DNA of 64,000 nucleotides from PVC group bacterium (GTDB lineage Bacteria; Auribacterota; Erginobacteria; Erginobacterales; Erginobacteraceae), in contig JAXGWO010000003.1 of NCBI GenBank assembly GCA_040773245.1, forward strand, positions 6,629-70,628, read 5' to 3'. Positions 17,327 through 27,113 of this stretch are shown here, one piece after another (the stretch's first letter is position 1; every line of letters begins with the position of its first letter). Made by a program: the position numbers and the translations under genes. The notes under the pieces are model-generated. The model did not search any database, was not told the origin of the DNA, and saw only the letters and a list, made by a program, of their open reading frames with translations.

Positions 17327-18774
17327 CAGAAAGTCTGGTCGGGCTTGCCGATGGTCAGGACCCGGATGACGTTGGTGTGTCCGGGGTGGTTGATCGGGAC
17401 CCCGGCGGTGACCACCACCCGGTCGCCCTTCTTCAGCCGGCCGGATTTCAGCCCGGCGGCGGTGGCGCGGGATATCATCTCCTCGAAGTTCTTCGGGGGT
17501 GCGATCATAATCGCCTCCGCCCCCCAGGTCAGGGCCAGCGAGCGGCAGGTCTCCTCGCTCGAGGTCACGGCCAGGACCGGAACCGCCGGGCGGTACTTGG
17601 CCACCCTCCGGGCCGCCGAACCGCTGGCGGTGTGGACGATGATCCTCTCGGCCCCGATCCCGCCGGCCAGGAAACAGGCCGAACGGGCCACCGACTCCTC
17701 GACCGGGAGCCGCTCCTCTTCCTCGATCATCCGGGCGATCCAGTCCCGGATCGACTTCCGGTAGACCGGGTCGTTCTCCACCTGGCGGGCGACCGCGGCC
17801 ATCGCCTCCACCGCCCGGACCGGGTACTTCCCGGCGGCGGTCTCCTCGGAGAGCATCACGGCGTCGGTCCCGTCGAAGATCGCCCCGGCCACGTCGGAGA
17901 CCTCGGCCCGGGTCGGGCGGGGACTGGAGACCATCGACTCCATCATCTGGGTGGCGGTGATCACCGGCTTTCCCGCCCGGTGGGCGAGGTAGATGATCTT
18001 CTTCTGGATGATCGGGACCTCGGCGAAGGGGATCTCCACCCCCAGGTCGCCCCGGGCCACCATAATCCCGTCGGCGGCGGCGACGATCTCCCCGATGTTC
18101 TCCACGGCCTGGGGCTTCTCGATCTTGGCGATCAGGGGGGTCGAACAGCGGCGGCGCTGGAGCCAGGTGCGGACCTTCTCCACCTCGGCCCCGGTCCGGA
18201 CGAAGGAAAGACCGATGAAGTCCAGCCCCCGGCAGGCGATGAAACTCAGATCTCTCTTGTCCTTGGCCGTCAGGATCGGGATGCCCGACGACCGGGTGGG
18301 GAGGTTGATCCCCTTGCGGGAACTGAGCGTCCCCCCGATGGTCACCCGGCAGGTGATGTCGCGGCCCGAGGATGAGACGACCTCCAGTTCCAGCGAGCCG
18401 TCGCTGAGGAGGATGATGTCGCCCTTCTTCACCAGCCGGGGGAGCCCGGGGTAGCTGACCGAGACCTCTCCCGCGTCGCCGGGGACCTTCCGGTCGGTGA
18501 GGACAAAGGTCTGCCCGGTGGCCAGTTCCGCCGTCCCGGCGGCGATCTCACCGATCCGGATCTTGGGGCCGGCGATGTCGGCCAGGATCCCGACCGGCTT
18601 CGAGAGCTTCTTCGAGACCGCCCGGACCAGGCGGATCCGCTCGTTATGTTCCTCCTCGCTGCCGTGGGAGAAGTTGAGCCGGGCGACATCCATCCCGGCA
18701 AGCACCAGCCGCTCGATGACTTCCCGGGAGCTGGAGGCGGGGCCGAGCGTGCAGACAATCCTGGTCTTCTTCAT
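17326..18774 (-). CDS. pyk: Pyruvate kinase; 482 aa
   Basis: N-terminus TRIVCTLGPAS ... GMDVARLNFSHG is the canonical pyruvate kinase signature. Full length consistent with PK barrel plus C-terminal domain. Confidence 0.9.
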   Translation of the reverse strand: MKKTRIVCTLGPASSSREVIERLVLAGMDVARLNFSHGSEEEHNERIRLVRAVSKKLSKPVGILADIAGPKIRIGEIAAGTAELATGQTFVLTDRKVPGDAGEVSVSYPGLPRLVKKGDIILLSDGSLELEVVSSSGRDITCRVTIGGTLSSRKGINLPTRSSGIPILTAKDKRDLSFIACRGLDFIGLSFVRTGAEVEKVRTWLQRRRCSTPLIAKIEKPQAVENIGEIVAAADGIMVARGDLGVEIPFAEVPIIQKKIIYLAHRAGKPVITATQMMESMVSSPRPTRAEVSDVAGAIFDGTDAVMLSEETAAGKYPVRAVEAMAAVARQVENDPVYRKSIRDWIARMIEEEERLPVEESVARSACFLAGGIGAERIIVHTASGSAARRVAKYRPAVPVLAVTSSEETCRSLALTWGAEAIMIAPPKNFEEMISRATAAGLKSGRLKKGDRVVVTAGVPINHPGHTNVIRVLTIGKPDQTF

Positions 18775-18961
18775 AATTTAATCGCTATCCGCCTTGGCCC
18801 GCCGGAGCGGGCTACGGCGGAGAAAGTCGGGATCGGGATCGGGATCGGCTTTTCCGGGCTTCGATACCGATAGCGATCCCGATAGCGATAGCGAGCAGCT
18901 GACAATTATCTGGAATTCCCGTTATGATAGCGGTATATCTGATAAATCAAAGGAAAAAACG

Positions 18962-19765
18962 ATGAACCAGAATACCGCCAAGACCCGGTCCTACCTCGAA
19001 CTCCTGGTTGTTCTCCTGGCGGTGATGCTGATCCTTCCCGTCATTGAAGTCAAAAACGATCTCCTCAACAACATCATCCTCTCCCTCTTCTTCCTCCTCT
19101 TCCTCCTGGCCGGGCTGAAGGTGGCGATCACCAAGGGGGTGGCGCCCCACCGTCCCCTCTACAAGTGGACGATCAAGGGAACCATCCTGGTCTCCTTCTC
19201 CGCGGATGTCGCCCAGTCCGTGATCTACACCCTGAGGGGACAGAGAAAGGACTTCGCCTTCGACCTGGAGCCTCTCTCCCAGCTCACCGGGGGGACCTTC
19301 TGGCTCCAGCTGCTCAACCTGGCCGCCGTCGTCGGCTACGCCTTTCTCACCGTCTTCCTGATCATTATGATCATCCGGGACCTCTTCTCCGGGACCCGGG
19401 TCCGGATCAACAACATCTTCGGGGCGATCGTGGCTTACCTCCTCCTGGGGATCTTCTGGTCTTTTCTTTACGCCTCCCTGGAGCTGGTCGAACCCGGGGC
19501 GATCATCCGCGCGGACGGGACCGCCATCCTCAGTTACGCCGAAGCCAGCTACTACAGTTTTGTCACCCTCTGCACGGTCGGCTACGGCGACATCGTTCCC
19601 CGATCGCACCTGGCGATGGTCTTCTCCAACCTGGAGTCGGTCACCGGCCAGCTCTACCTGGCGATCCTGGTCGCCCGCCTGGTCTCGCTCTACACCGCCG
19701 CCGGCACCGGGAAGAACCCGGAAGTCGAAGCGGGTGAAGAGCACGCCGATGGGGAAGAAGCCTGA
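18962..19765 (+). CDS. Two-TM potassium channel family protein (Ion_trans_2-like); ~267 aa from ATG 18962 (ORF track starts earlier at 18794 in repeat-derived sequence)
   Basis: K+ selectivity filter TLCTVGYGDIVP (nt ~19565-19600) preceded by a pore helix and flanked by TM helices. Upstream part of the track ORF is low-complexity translation of GATCGG repeats. Confidence 0.7.
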   Translation: MNQNTAKTRSYLELLVVLLAVMLILPVIEVKNDLLNNIILSLFFLLFLLAGLKVAITKGVAPHRPLYKWTIKGTILVSFSADVAQSVIYTLRGQRKDFAFDLEPLSQLTGGTFWLQLLNLAAVVGYAFLTVFLIIMIIRDLFSGTRVRINNIFGAIVAYLLLGIFWSFLYASLELVEPGAIIRADGTAILSYAEASYYSFVTLCTVGYGDIVPRSHLAMVFSNLESVTGQLYLAILVARLVSLYTAAGTGKNPEVEAGEEHADGEEA

Positions 19766-19905
19766 TTACGGCCCGGCCCGATCGATTCCGATCCCGATCC
19801 CGATAGCGATAGCGATTAACCCCACCGTTGTTTAATCCATAAATTCTTGAAAAAAAGTTTGCCCCCGGCGGGGAGAAGTGGTATACCTACCGGTAGGTAT
19901 ATTAA

Positions 19906-20502
19906 ATGAAGGACTCCGATACCAAGCAGAAACTGCTCGAGGCGGCCCTGGAACTCTTTACCGAGAAGGGCTTTGCCGGCGCCTCCACCCGGGAGATCGT
20001 GGAACGGGCCGGGGTGACCAAGCCCGCCCTCTACTACCACTTCTCCTCCAAGGAGAACCTCTACCGGGTGTTGATCGAGGAAAATTTCGCCGGCTTTAAT
20101 CGGAATCTGGAACGGATCGCCGGGGAGAAGATTCCTTCCCGAAAGAAACTGCTGTGGATAGCGGATTACCATCTCGAGCACTGCCGCCAGAACCCCGAGG
20201 AGGTCAAGCTGGCCCTGATGGCATTTTACCGGGGCGACACCTTCGCCCCCGAGGTGGATATCGTCAACCTGGCCCGGAAGAGCATTGAGATCATCTCGGA
20301 TATCTTCCGGAAAGGCACCGCTGCCGGAGAGTTCCGGCCCGTGGATCCCCTCAAGCTGAGTCTGATCCTGTTGAGCATCCTCCACGGCCAGACCCTGGTG
20401 ATCCTGAAAAGTTCGGGATGGATGCCGCTGGCCACGCCGGAAGAGATAATCGAAATCTTTCTCAAGGGAATATCGGTTCAAGGAGCAGAGAACAATGAGT
20501 AA
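19906..20502 (+). CDS. TetR/AcrR-family transcriptional regulator; 198 aa
   Basis: N-terminal HTH LLEAALELFTEKGFAGASTREIVERAGVTKPALYYHFSSKENLY. Sits directly upstream of an efflux operon. Confidence 0.85.
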   Translation: MKDSDTKQKLLEAALELFTEKGFAGASTREIVERAGVTKPALYYHFSSKENLYRVLIEENFAGFNRNLERIAGEKIPSRKKLLWIADYHLEHCRQNPEEVKLALMAFYRGDTFAPEVDIVNLARKSIEIISDIFRKGTAAGEFRPVDPLKLSLILLSILHGQTLVILKSSGWMPLATPEEIIEIFLKGISVQGAENNE

Positions 20503-22072
20503 TTCTTCTGATCCGGCAGCCGGGCGCGCGGACCGGGGGGCGCCGGAGGAAGTCACGCGGACAAGAAAGCTGAAACCGGCCGTCATCCTGTTGCTGGGGG
20601 CGGGGCTGCTCGCCGCCTGCGCCAGTCAGAGGTCGATGTACCGGGGGATCGAGGAGAACCGGACCCGGGCCTACGATGCCTGGCTGGAGGCGCACCGGGG
20701 GGAGGAGGCCACCCGGCCCCGAGCCGAGGGGGCGCTCTCCCTCGCCGATGCCCTGAAGCTGGCCCTCACCTACAACAAGTCGCTCCAGGCGGTCAGCCGC
20801 GAACGGGAGATCGCCCGGGGCGGGGTGATCGAGGCCTACTCCGGCATACTCCCCGCCGTCACCGGGGAGGCGGAGTACGTCCGCCTGGACGAAGCGTCGG
20901 CCTTCGACGTCGGCGGGCAGATGATCTCGATGGGCGATGAGAACAACTACTCGGCGGGCCTCCAGGTCACCCAGCCGCTCTTCCGCGGCGGGGAGAGCGC
21001 GGCCAACTGGCGGGCGGCCCGCTGGAGCGCCCTGCTGGCGGACGACCGGATCCGGGAAGCCGTCCAGGACACCATCCATCAGACGGCCGTGGCCTACTAC
21101 GATACCCTCCTGGCCGGGCATCTCTTCGAGGTGAACCGGGCGGCGGTTGATTCGGCCCGGGATTACTTAAACGACGTCCGGATCAAGTACGACCAGGGGA
21201 TCGCCTCCAAGTTTGACATCCTCCGGGCCGAGGTCGATGTCTCGCTCTTCGAGGCCCAGATGATCCAGCAGCAGAACCAGGTCAACATCTCCCGGACCAA
21301 GCTGCTGCTGGCGATGGGGGCCTCCCAGGAGAGCGAGATCACGCTCAGCGATCGCCTGGAATTCATCCCCCTGGAACCGGAGATCGAGGAAGCGGTCCGG
21401 ATCGCCTACCTCAACCGGCCCGATCTCCACCAGGCCGAGCTGAACCTGAAATTGCAGGAGGAGTCCTGGCGGGCCGCCCGGAGCGGATACTGGCCGGACA
21501 TCAGCGCCTTCTTCGAGCAGGTCTGGGCCAACCCCGATCCCCACTCATCGACCAGGGTCGAGTGGGGCGACGCCTGGACGGCCGGGCTGGCCGCCCAATG
21601 GCCCCTCTTCGACGGGCTCGGACGCGAGGGCCGGGTGGCCCGGGAGAAGGCCCGAATCCGCCAGAGGGAACTCCAGCTGGCCTCGGCCGAGGAACGGGCC
21701 CTGCTCGAAGTCAAACAGGTCATCCTGAGTCTCCGCGACGCCGCGGAGTTCGTCGAGTCGCAGTCGCTCAACCTGGAACGGGCGAGAGAAGCGCTGCGGC
21801 TGGCCGAGATCGAGTACCGCGAGGGCATCCAGGACGCGGTGACGGTGACGGAGTCGAGGTCCGCCCTGACCCGGGCCGAGGGTCTCTACTACGAAGCCGT
21901 CTACTACCATACCGTGGCCCGGCTGGAGCTGCAGCGGGCGCTGGGCGTCCTCGGCCCGCGGGCCGGCCCTTCCGACTCCCCCACCCCGCCTCCCGCGCAG
22001 CCGGGGGTGATTGAAGAGTTCGTGGGAACTATCCCGGATTCGTCCGGGTCCCCTGAAGGAGATAAGCGATGA
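20495..22072 (+). CDS. TolC-family outer-membrane efflux protein (OMF); 525 aa
   Basis: Signal peptide with lipobox-like LLAACAS. Two repeated alpha/beta OEP repeats with characteristic LxxAL ... YxxG patterns. Confidence 0.8.
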   Translation: MSNSSDPAAGRADRGAPEEVTRTRKLKPAVILLLGAGLLAACASQRSMYRGIEENRTRAYDAWLEAHRGEEATRPRAEGALSLADALKLALTYNKSLQAVSREREIARGGVIEAYSGILPAVTGEAEYVRLDEASAFDVGGQMISMGDENNYSAGLQVTQPLFRGGESAANWRAARWSALLADDRIREAVQDTIHQTAVAYYDTLLAGHLFEVNRAAVDSARDYLNDVRIKYDQGIASKFDILRAEVDVSLFEAQMIQQQNQVNISRTKLLLAMGASQESEITLSDRLEFIPLEPEIEEAVRIAYLNRPDLHQAELNLKLQEESWRAARSGYWPDISAFFEQVWANPDPHSSTRVEWGDAWTAGLAAQWPLFDGLGREGRVAREKARIRQRELQLASAEERALLEVKQVILSLRDAAEFVESQSLNLERAREALRLAEIEYREGIQDAVTVTESRSALTRAEGLYYEAVYYHTVARLELQRALGVLGPRAGPSDSPTPPPAQPGVIEEFVGTIPDSSGSPEGDKR

Positions 22073-23238
22073 ATAGGAAGAAGAAATATCTCATCGGCCT
22101 GGGGATTCTGGTTATCCTCGGCTTGCTGGTCCTGCTCCGCGGATCGGGCGGCAAGAATCAGCCGGAATCGGCGGAGGCCGCCGGCCCGCTCAAGGCAATG
22201 GCGGCAACGGTCCAAAAGGGATCGATCAGCGAGAGCGTCTGGGTGACCGGGGAGGTGAACGCGCTCCAATCGGTGGACATCACCCCGAAGATCAGCGGGA
22301 GACTGCGGCAGATGCGCCGGCCGGACGGCGCTCCGATCGAGGAGGGGGTCGAAGTGGAAGAAGGACAGACCGTGGCCTGGATTGAGGACGACCAGTACCA
22401 GGCGGCGGTCCGTTCCGCCGAAGCGGCGCTGGCGGTCGCCCGAGCCGGGCGGGGACTGGCCGAGGTCAACCTCGCCGAGGCCATCCGGGAGAAGGAACGC
22501 TGGGATAAATTGCGCCAGGGGGGATCGGGCTCGGAGCAGCAACTCGACCGGGCCGTGACCGACCTGGAAAGGGCCCGGGCGGAACTGACGGCGGCCGAGG
22601 CCCGGATCGTCCAGGCCGAGGCCGCCCTCGCCCAGGCCCGGGTGGATCTGGCCGAGACCGTGATCCGGGCTCCCTTCTCCGGGGTGGTCAGCATCAAGCA
22701 CGTGGACGAGGGCTCCTTCGTCGGTCCGGCCACCCCCCTCTTCCAGCTCTCCGACATCAGCCGGGTCGAGATTACCGGGGGGGTCGCCGACCGGCATTAC
22801 CCGTTACTGCAAATCGGCCGGACCCGGGCCGCGATCGAGGTTGACGCCTACCCGGAAGAGGTGTTTTCCGGGGAGATCAGCCGGGTGCGCCCGGAACTGG
22901 ACCGGGTGACCCGGACCGTCGCCGTGACCATCCTGGCGGATAACCCCGACCGGAAGCTGAAGCCGGGGATGTACGCCCGGATCCGGCTGGTGCTGCGGGA
23001 GAAGAACGATATCCCGGTGATTGCCGACGAGGCCGTCCTTACCGGCGGCGGGGAAACCCGCGTCTACGTGGTCGAGGAGGGGATCGCCCGGTCCCGGAAG
23101 ATCCGGATCGGCCTGGAGGAAGGCAACCTCAACGAGGTGCTGGATGGACTTGAAGACGGCGAGAAGGTGGTCGTCCGGGGCCACCGGCGGCTGCGGGACG
23201 GGATGGCCGTGAAGGTTGAGGATTCGGAGGGACGATGA
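22069..23238 (+). CDS. Efflux RND periplasmic adaptor (membrane fusion protein, HlyD-like); 389 aa
   Basis: N-terminal TM/signal, coiled-coil hairpin (AEAALAQARVDLAETVIRAPFSGVV), beta-barrel/lipoyl-like segments. 4-nt overlaps with neighbours on both sides. Confidence 0.85.
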   Translation: MNRKKKYLIGLGILVILGLLVLLRGSGGKNQPESAEAAGPLKAMAATVQKGSISESVWVTGEVNALQSVDITPKISGRLRQMRRPDGAPIEEGVEVEEGQTVAWIEDDQYQAAVRSAEAALAVARAGRGLAEVNLAEAIREKERWDKLRQGGSGSEQQLDRAVTDLERARAELTAAEARIVQAEAALAQARVDLAETVIRAPFSGVVSIKHVDEGSFVGPATPLFQLSDISRVEITGGVADRHYPLLQIGRTRAAIEVDAYPEEVFSGEISRVRPELDRVTRTVAVTILADNPDRKLKPGMYARIRLVLREKNDIPVIADEAVLTGGGETRVYVVEEGIARSRKIRIGLEEGNLNEVLDGLEDGEKVVVRGHRRLRDGMAVKVEDSEGR

Positions 23239-26200
23239 GACTGTCGAAGACTTCCGTCAACAAACCCGTCACCACCCTGATGATCTTCCTCGGGGTGATT
23301 ATGGTGGGGCTGTTCTGCATCCGGCAGATGCCGATCGACCTCTACCCGGAGATGGACATCCCCGCCGTCACGGTCATCACCGCCTACGAGGGGGCCGGGC
23401 CGGAGGAGATCGAGGAGAAGGTCACCCAGGTCCTGGAGGAGCGGCTGGCCACGGTGGAGGACCTGAAGCACATCTACTCGTCTTCCCGGGAGGGACTCTC
23501 CACCATCCGGATGATGTTCGACTGGGGGACCAACCTGGAGAGCCGGGCCAACGACGTGAGGGACGCCATCGACCTGGCCCAGCGGGACATCCCCGACGAG
23601 GCCGACCGTTCCTGGATCTTCAAGCTCGACGTCAACCAGTTCCCGATTATGGTCTTCGGCGTGCGGGCCCGGGAGTCTTACGAGCAACTGGAGGAGATGC
23701 TGGAGGACGAGGTGGCCGACGGCCTGGAGACCATCCCGGGGGTGGGTTCGGTGCGGATTATCGTCCCCCTCCAGCGGCAGGTGAACATCGACCTCGACCG
23801 GGAGCGGATGGCCTCCTACCACCTGACCCCCCAGGACGTGGCCCGGGCGGTGATCGGCGAGAACCAGGAGGTCTCCGCCGGCAGCATCAAGATGGGCGAG
23901 ACCGACTACCTCCCCCGGGTCCCGGCCCAGTACCGGACCGTGGAACCGATGAACGAGATCGTGGTCCGCACCCGCGAGGGGACGATCGTCCGCCTGAAGG
24001 ATCTGGGGAAGGCCACCGACGGCTTCAAGGACATCAGCCTCGACGTCAAGATCAACGGGGAGCCGGGGGGGATCATCCTGGTCCAGAAGCAGTCCGACGC
24101 CAACACGGTCGAGGTCGCCCGGCGAGTCCGGGCGACCCTCCCCCGGCTGATGGAGAGGCTGCCGGAAGACGTCAGCCTGATCAACGTGATGGACTCCTCG
24201 GAGGACATCGAGCGGATGGTCCGCGACCTCTTCCAGACCCTGGTCATCGGGGGAGCCCTGGCGATGCTCGTGGTCCTGGTCTTCCTGCGACAGTGGCGGG
24301 GGACGGTGGTGATCGGGCTGGCCATCCCCTTCTCCCTGATCGCGGCCGGGATCGTGATGTACTTCCTCGACTACTCGATCAATATGATCACCCTCTTCGC
24401 CCTGATCGTGGCCATCGGGATGGTGGTCGACAACGCGGTGGTCGTCCTGGAGAACATCGCCCGCCACCGCGAGGACGGCGAGGGCCCCTTCCAGGGGGCG
24501 GTCTTCGGCGCCGGGGAGGTGGGGATGGCGGTGGTCGCCTCGACCCTGACCACGCTCTGCATCTTTTTCCCCCTCTTCTTCATCCAGGGGATCGCCCGCA
24601 TCCTCTTCACCCCCTTCGCCGTGGTGGCGGCCGCGATTATGCTCGCTTCCCTCTTCACCGCGCTGACGATGACCCCGATGCTCTCCTCCCGCCTCCTGGC
24701 CCGGGCCTACGGCTCCGGCCCGGCCCCCGGCCGATTCTTCCGGACCACGGAAAAGTGGTTTGACGGGCTCGCTGACGCCTACTCCAACCTGCTCGGCTGG
24801 TGTCTCGGCCACCGGAAACTGGTACTGATCGGCGTGACCCTCTTCTCCCTGCTCAGCCTCCTCTGGATCCCCCGGATCGGGTCGGAGTTTATGCCCAAGC
24901 AGGACCGGGCGATGATCAGCGGGACGCTGGAACTGCCGATCGGCACCCGGGTGGAACGGACGGCCGAGGTGGCGGAGGAGTTTATCCGGATCATCGCCGA
25001 GGAGATCCCGCCCGGAGACGCCGTCTCCTCCTTCGTCCGGGCCGGGGTCACCGACCGGGGGTTCGGCGGAGACGAGGGGAGCCACATCGCCGCCTTCGGT
25101 TTCAAGCTGGTTCCCCAGGACGACCGCGGTTATCACGTCACCGAGGTCGCCGACCGGATCCGGAAGCGGATCGGGAAGATCGCCAGCGTCCGCGACATCG
25201 AGACCTTCCGGATCGACCTCCAGGACCCGATGTCCAGTATGATGACGGGGGGCGAGATGCCGCTCTCCGTTAATATCCTGAGCAAGGACCTGGACGCCGC
25301 CGACGGCTTCGCCGACCGGGTCCGGGCCGTGATGGCGGAGATCCCCGGGACGGTGGACATCGCCAAGTCGCTGAAGAAGGGAGCCCCGGAGGTCTGGGTC
25401 GACGTGGACCGGCAGAAGGCCGCGGCGCTGGGGATTAACGTCTCCGACGTGGCCGGGACCGTCCGTGCCGCCATCTACGGTTACCCGGCCGGCAAGTTCC
25501 GGCCGGCGGGGGACGAGTACGACATTATGGTCCGCTTCCGGGAGGAAGACCGCGACGACCTCGACGCCCTCCGGCACGTCCCGGTGCGGCTGCCTTCCGG
25601 CGAGCTGATCCGGACCGGGGACGTGGCGGAAATCTCCCGCAAATTCGGCCCCCTGGAGATCCAGCGCAAGGACCAGCAACGGGTGGTCCGGGTGGAGGGC
25701 GACGTCTCCGGACGGTCGCTGGGCGAGGTCACCTCCGAGGTGGAGAGAACCATCGCCGGGATCGGGATTCCGGAGGGGGTGACCGTCGACCTGGGCGGCC
25801 AGACCGAGGATATGCGCGAGGCCTTCCTCTGGCTGACCGTCTCCCTGGTGATCGGGATCATCCTGGTCTATATGGTGATGGCCTCCCAGTTCGAGTCCCT
25901 CCTCGACCCCTTCGTGGTGATGTTCTCGGTGCCGGTGGCCTTTGTCGGTGTGCTCTGGTCCCTCGGCCTGGGCGGCCATACCCTGAACATCGTGGTCTTC
26001 CTCGGGATGCTGCTCCTGATCGGGATCGTGGTCAACAACGCCATCGTCCTGGTCGACTACATCAACATCCTGCGGGCGCGGGGGAAGAAGATGGAGGAGG
26101 CGGTCCGGGAGGCGGGACGGACCCGGCTGCGGCCGGTGCTGATGACCGCGATCACCACCATCGTGGCCCTGCTCCCGATGGCCTTCCGGGGGGGGCAGGG

Positions 26201-26330
26201 AGCGGAGACCTGGAACCCGCTGGGGCTGACGATCCTGGGCGGGCTGCTGGTCTCCACCCTGGTCACCCTGGTCCTGGTCCCGACCATCTACAGCGTCTTC
26301 GAGAGCCACATCAGGCGGAGAAGGGATTGA
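23235..26330 (+). CDS. Efflux RND permease (AcrB/CzcA superfamily); 1031 aa
   Basis: Typical N-terminus MRLSKTSVNKPVTTLMIFLGVIMVGL ... LYPEMDIPAVTVIT. Two pseudo-repeated 6-TM bundles with large periplasmic loops. Confidence 0.9.
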   Translation: MRLSKTSVNKPVTTLMIFLGVIMVGLFCIRQMPIDLYPEMDIPAVTVITAYEGAGPEEIEEKVTQVLEERLATVEDLKHIYSSSREGLSTIRMMFDWGTNLESRANDVRDAIDLAQRDIPDEADRSWIFKLDVNQFPIMVFGVRARESYEQLEEMLEDEVADGLETIPGVGSVRIIVPLQRQVNIDLDRERMASYHLTPQDVARAVIGENQEVSAGSIKMGETDYLPRVPAQYRTVEPMNEIVVRTREGTIVRLKDLGKATDGFKDISLDVKINGEPGGIILVQKQSDANTVEVARRVRATLPRLMERLPEDVSLINVMDSSEDIERMVRDLFQTLVIGGALAMLVVLVFLRQWRGTVVIGLAIPFSLIAAGIVMYFLDYSINMITLFALIVAIGMVVDNAVVVLENIARHREDGEGPFQGAVFGAGEVGMAVVASTLTTLCIFFPLFFIQGIARILFTPFAVVAAAIMLASLFTALTMTPMLSSRLLARAYGSGPAPGRFFRTTEKWFDGLADAYSNLLGWCLGHRKLVLIGVTLFSLLSLLWIPRIGSEFMPKQDRAMISGTLELPIGTRVERTAEVAEEFIRIIAEEIPPGDAVSSFVRAGVTDRGFGGDEGSHIAAFGFKLVPQDDRGYHVTEVADRIRKRIGKIASVRDIETFRIDLQDPMSSMMTGGEMPLSVNILSKDLDAADGFADRVRAVMAEIPGTVDIAKSLKKGAPEVWVDVDRQKAAALGINVSDVAGTVRAAIYGYPAGKFRPAGDEYDIMVRFREEDRDDLDALRHVPVRLPSGELIRTGDVAEISRKFGPLEIQRKDQQRVVRVEGDVSGRSLGEVTSEVERTIAGIGIPEGVTVDLGGQTEDMREAFLWLTVSLVIGIILVYMVMASQFESLLDPFVVMFSVPVAFVGVLWSLGLGGHTLNIVVFLGMLLLIGIVVNNAIVLVDYINILRARGKKMEEAVREAGRTRLRPVLMTAITTIVALLPMAFRGGQGAETWNPLGLTILGGLLVSTLVTLVLVPTIYSVFESHIRRRRD

Positions 26331-26635
26331 GCGAGGAACGTTCGATGAAAATGGTGATAATCGTCTACAACGGGGCCCTGGACCGGGAAGTCGGGGAGAT
26401 CACCAGCTCCGCCGGGGTCGAAGGCTACACCAAGTGGGTCGAGGTTTACGGCCGGGGCCGGACCAGCGACCCCCACCTGGGGACCCACGTCTGGCCGCAG
26501 GTGAACTACCTGATGCTGATCGGCGCCGGGGACGAGCAGGCGAAGCAGCTGCTGGACGGGGTCCGCGAGCTGAGAAAACGGCTGGGGAAGGAGGGGGTGA
26601 AAGCCTTCCTGCTCCCCTGCGAGGATGTGACCTGA
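26327..26635 (+). CDS. Small PII-like (GlnB/DUF3240-like fold) protein coupled to the RND permease; 102 aa
   Basis: Overlaps RND stop by 4 nt. MKMVIIVY ... GVEGYTKWVEVYGRG ... LIGAGDEQ pattern resembles the PII fold. Weak by-eye similarity only. Confidence 0.4.
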   Translation: MSEERSMKMVIIVYNGALDREVGEITSSAGVEGYTKWVEVYGRGRTSDPHLGTHVWPQVNYLMLIGAGDEQAKQLLDGVRELRKRLGKEGVKAFLLPCEDVT

Positions 26636-26659
26636 ACCACTCGGGTACTCCCGGCGGAT

Positions 26660-27103
26660 CTACCGGGGAGGAGAATTCAGGACCGCTTCCATCTCGTCCA
26701 GGGCCTGGCGGATGACGGGGTCACCGCCGTACTCCTCTTCGATCCTTCGCCAGGCGGCAATGAATCCCGGGGTGGCCTCCTCAATCCGCTCGAGGGCGGC
26801 CCGCACGTCTTCGGGGAGGCCATCCTTTTCCAGGCGGGGCAGGCCGGGATGTTCCCCGGCCAGCTTCGCCATCAACTCCCGGCCCGCCACTGCCTCGTTC
26901 CGGAATTTCTCCAGGGCGCCGGAGATCTCTTCCGGGCCGGAAGCCCCGGCCACCGCGACCGTGAACTCGTCCATCATCCGGTGCTGGTGGCGGAGGGCCT
27001 TCCGGAAATCGCCGTACTCGTCCCCGCCGCAGGAGAGCAGGGACAGGGATAGAACCGCCGACAGGAACAGATAGTATCTCTTCATAATTTTGTTCCTCTC
27101 CAT
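26660..27103 (-). CDS. Hypothetical lipoprotein; 147 aa
   Basis: Signal peptide with lipobox (LSLLSCGG). Otherwise a helical soluble domain. Confidence 0.5.
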   Translation of the reverse strand: MERNKIMKRYYLFLSAVLSLSLLSCGGDEYGDFRKALRHQHRMMDEFTVAVAGASGPEEISGALEKFRNEAVAGRELMAKLAGEHPGLPRLEKDGLPEDVRAALERIEEATPGFIAAWRRIEEEYGGDPVIRQALDEMEAVLNSPPR

Positions 27104-27113
27104 CCAGAGCAGG

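Noticed and set aside
14993-18454. Plus-strand ORFs of 150-420 aa across recJ, the M50 protease and pyk (14993-15982, 15877-16764, 16499-17764, 17377-18375, 17993-18454)
   Set aside because: Antisense to three well-supported genes. Compositionally biased translations without motifs.
23064-26309. 1081-aa minus-strand ORF antisense to the RND permease
   Set aside because: Low-complexity D/G/P/H/R-rich translation typical of antisense frames in ~70% GC DNA. The plus-strand frame has unmistakable AcrB-family sequence.
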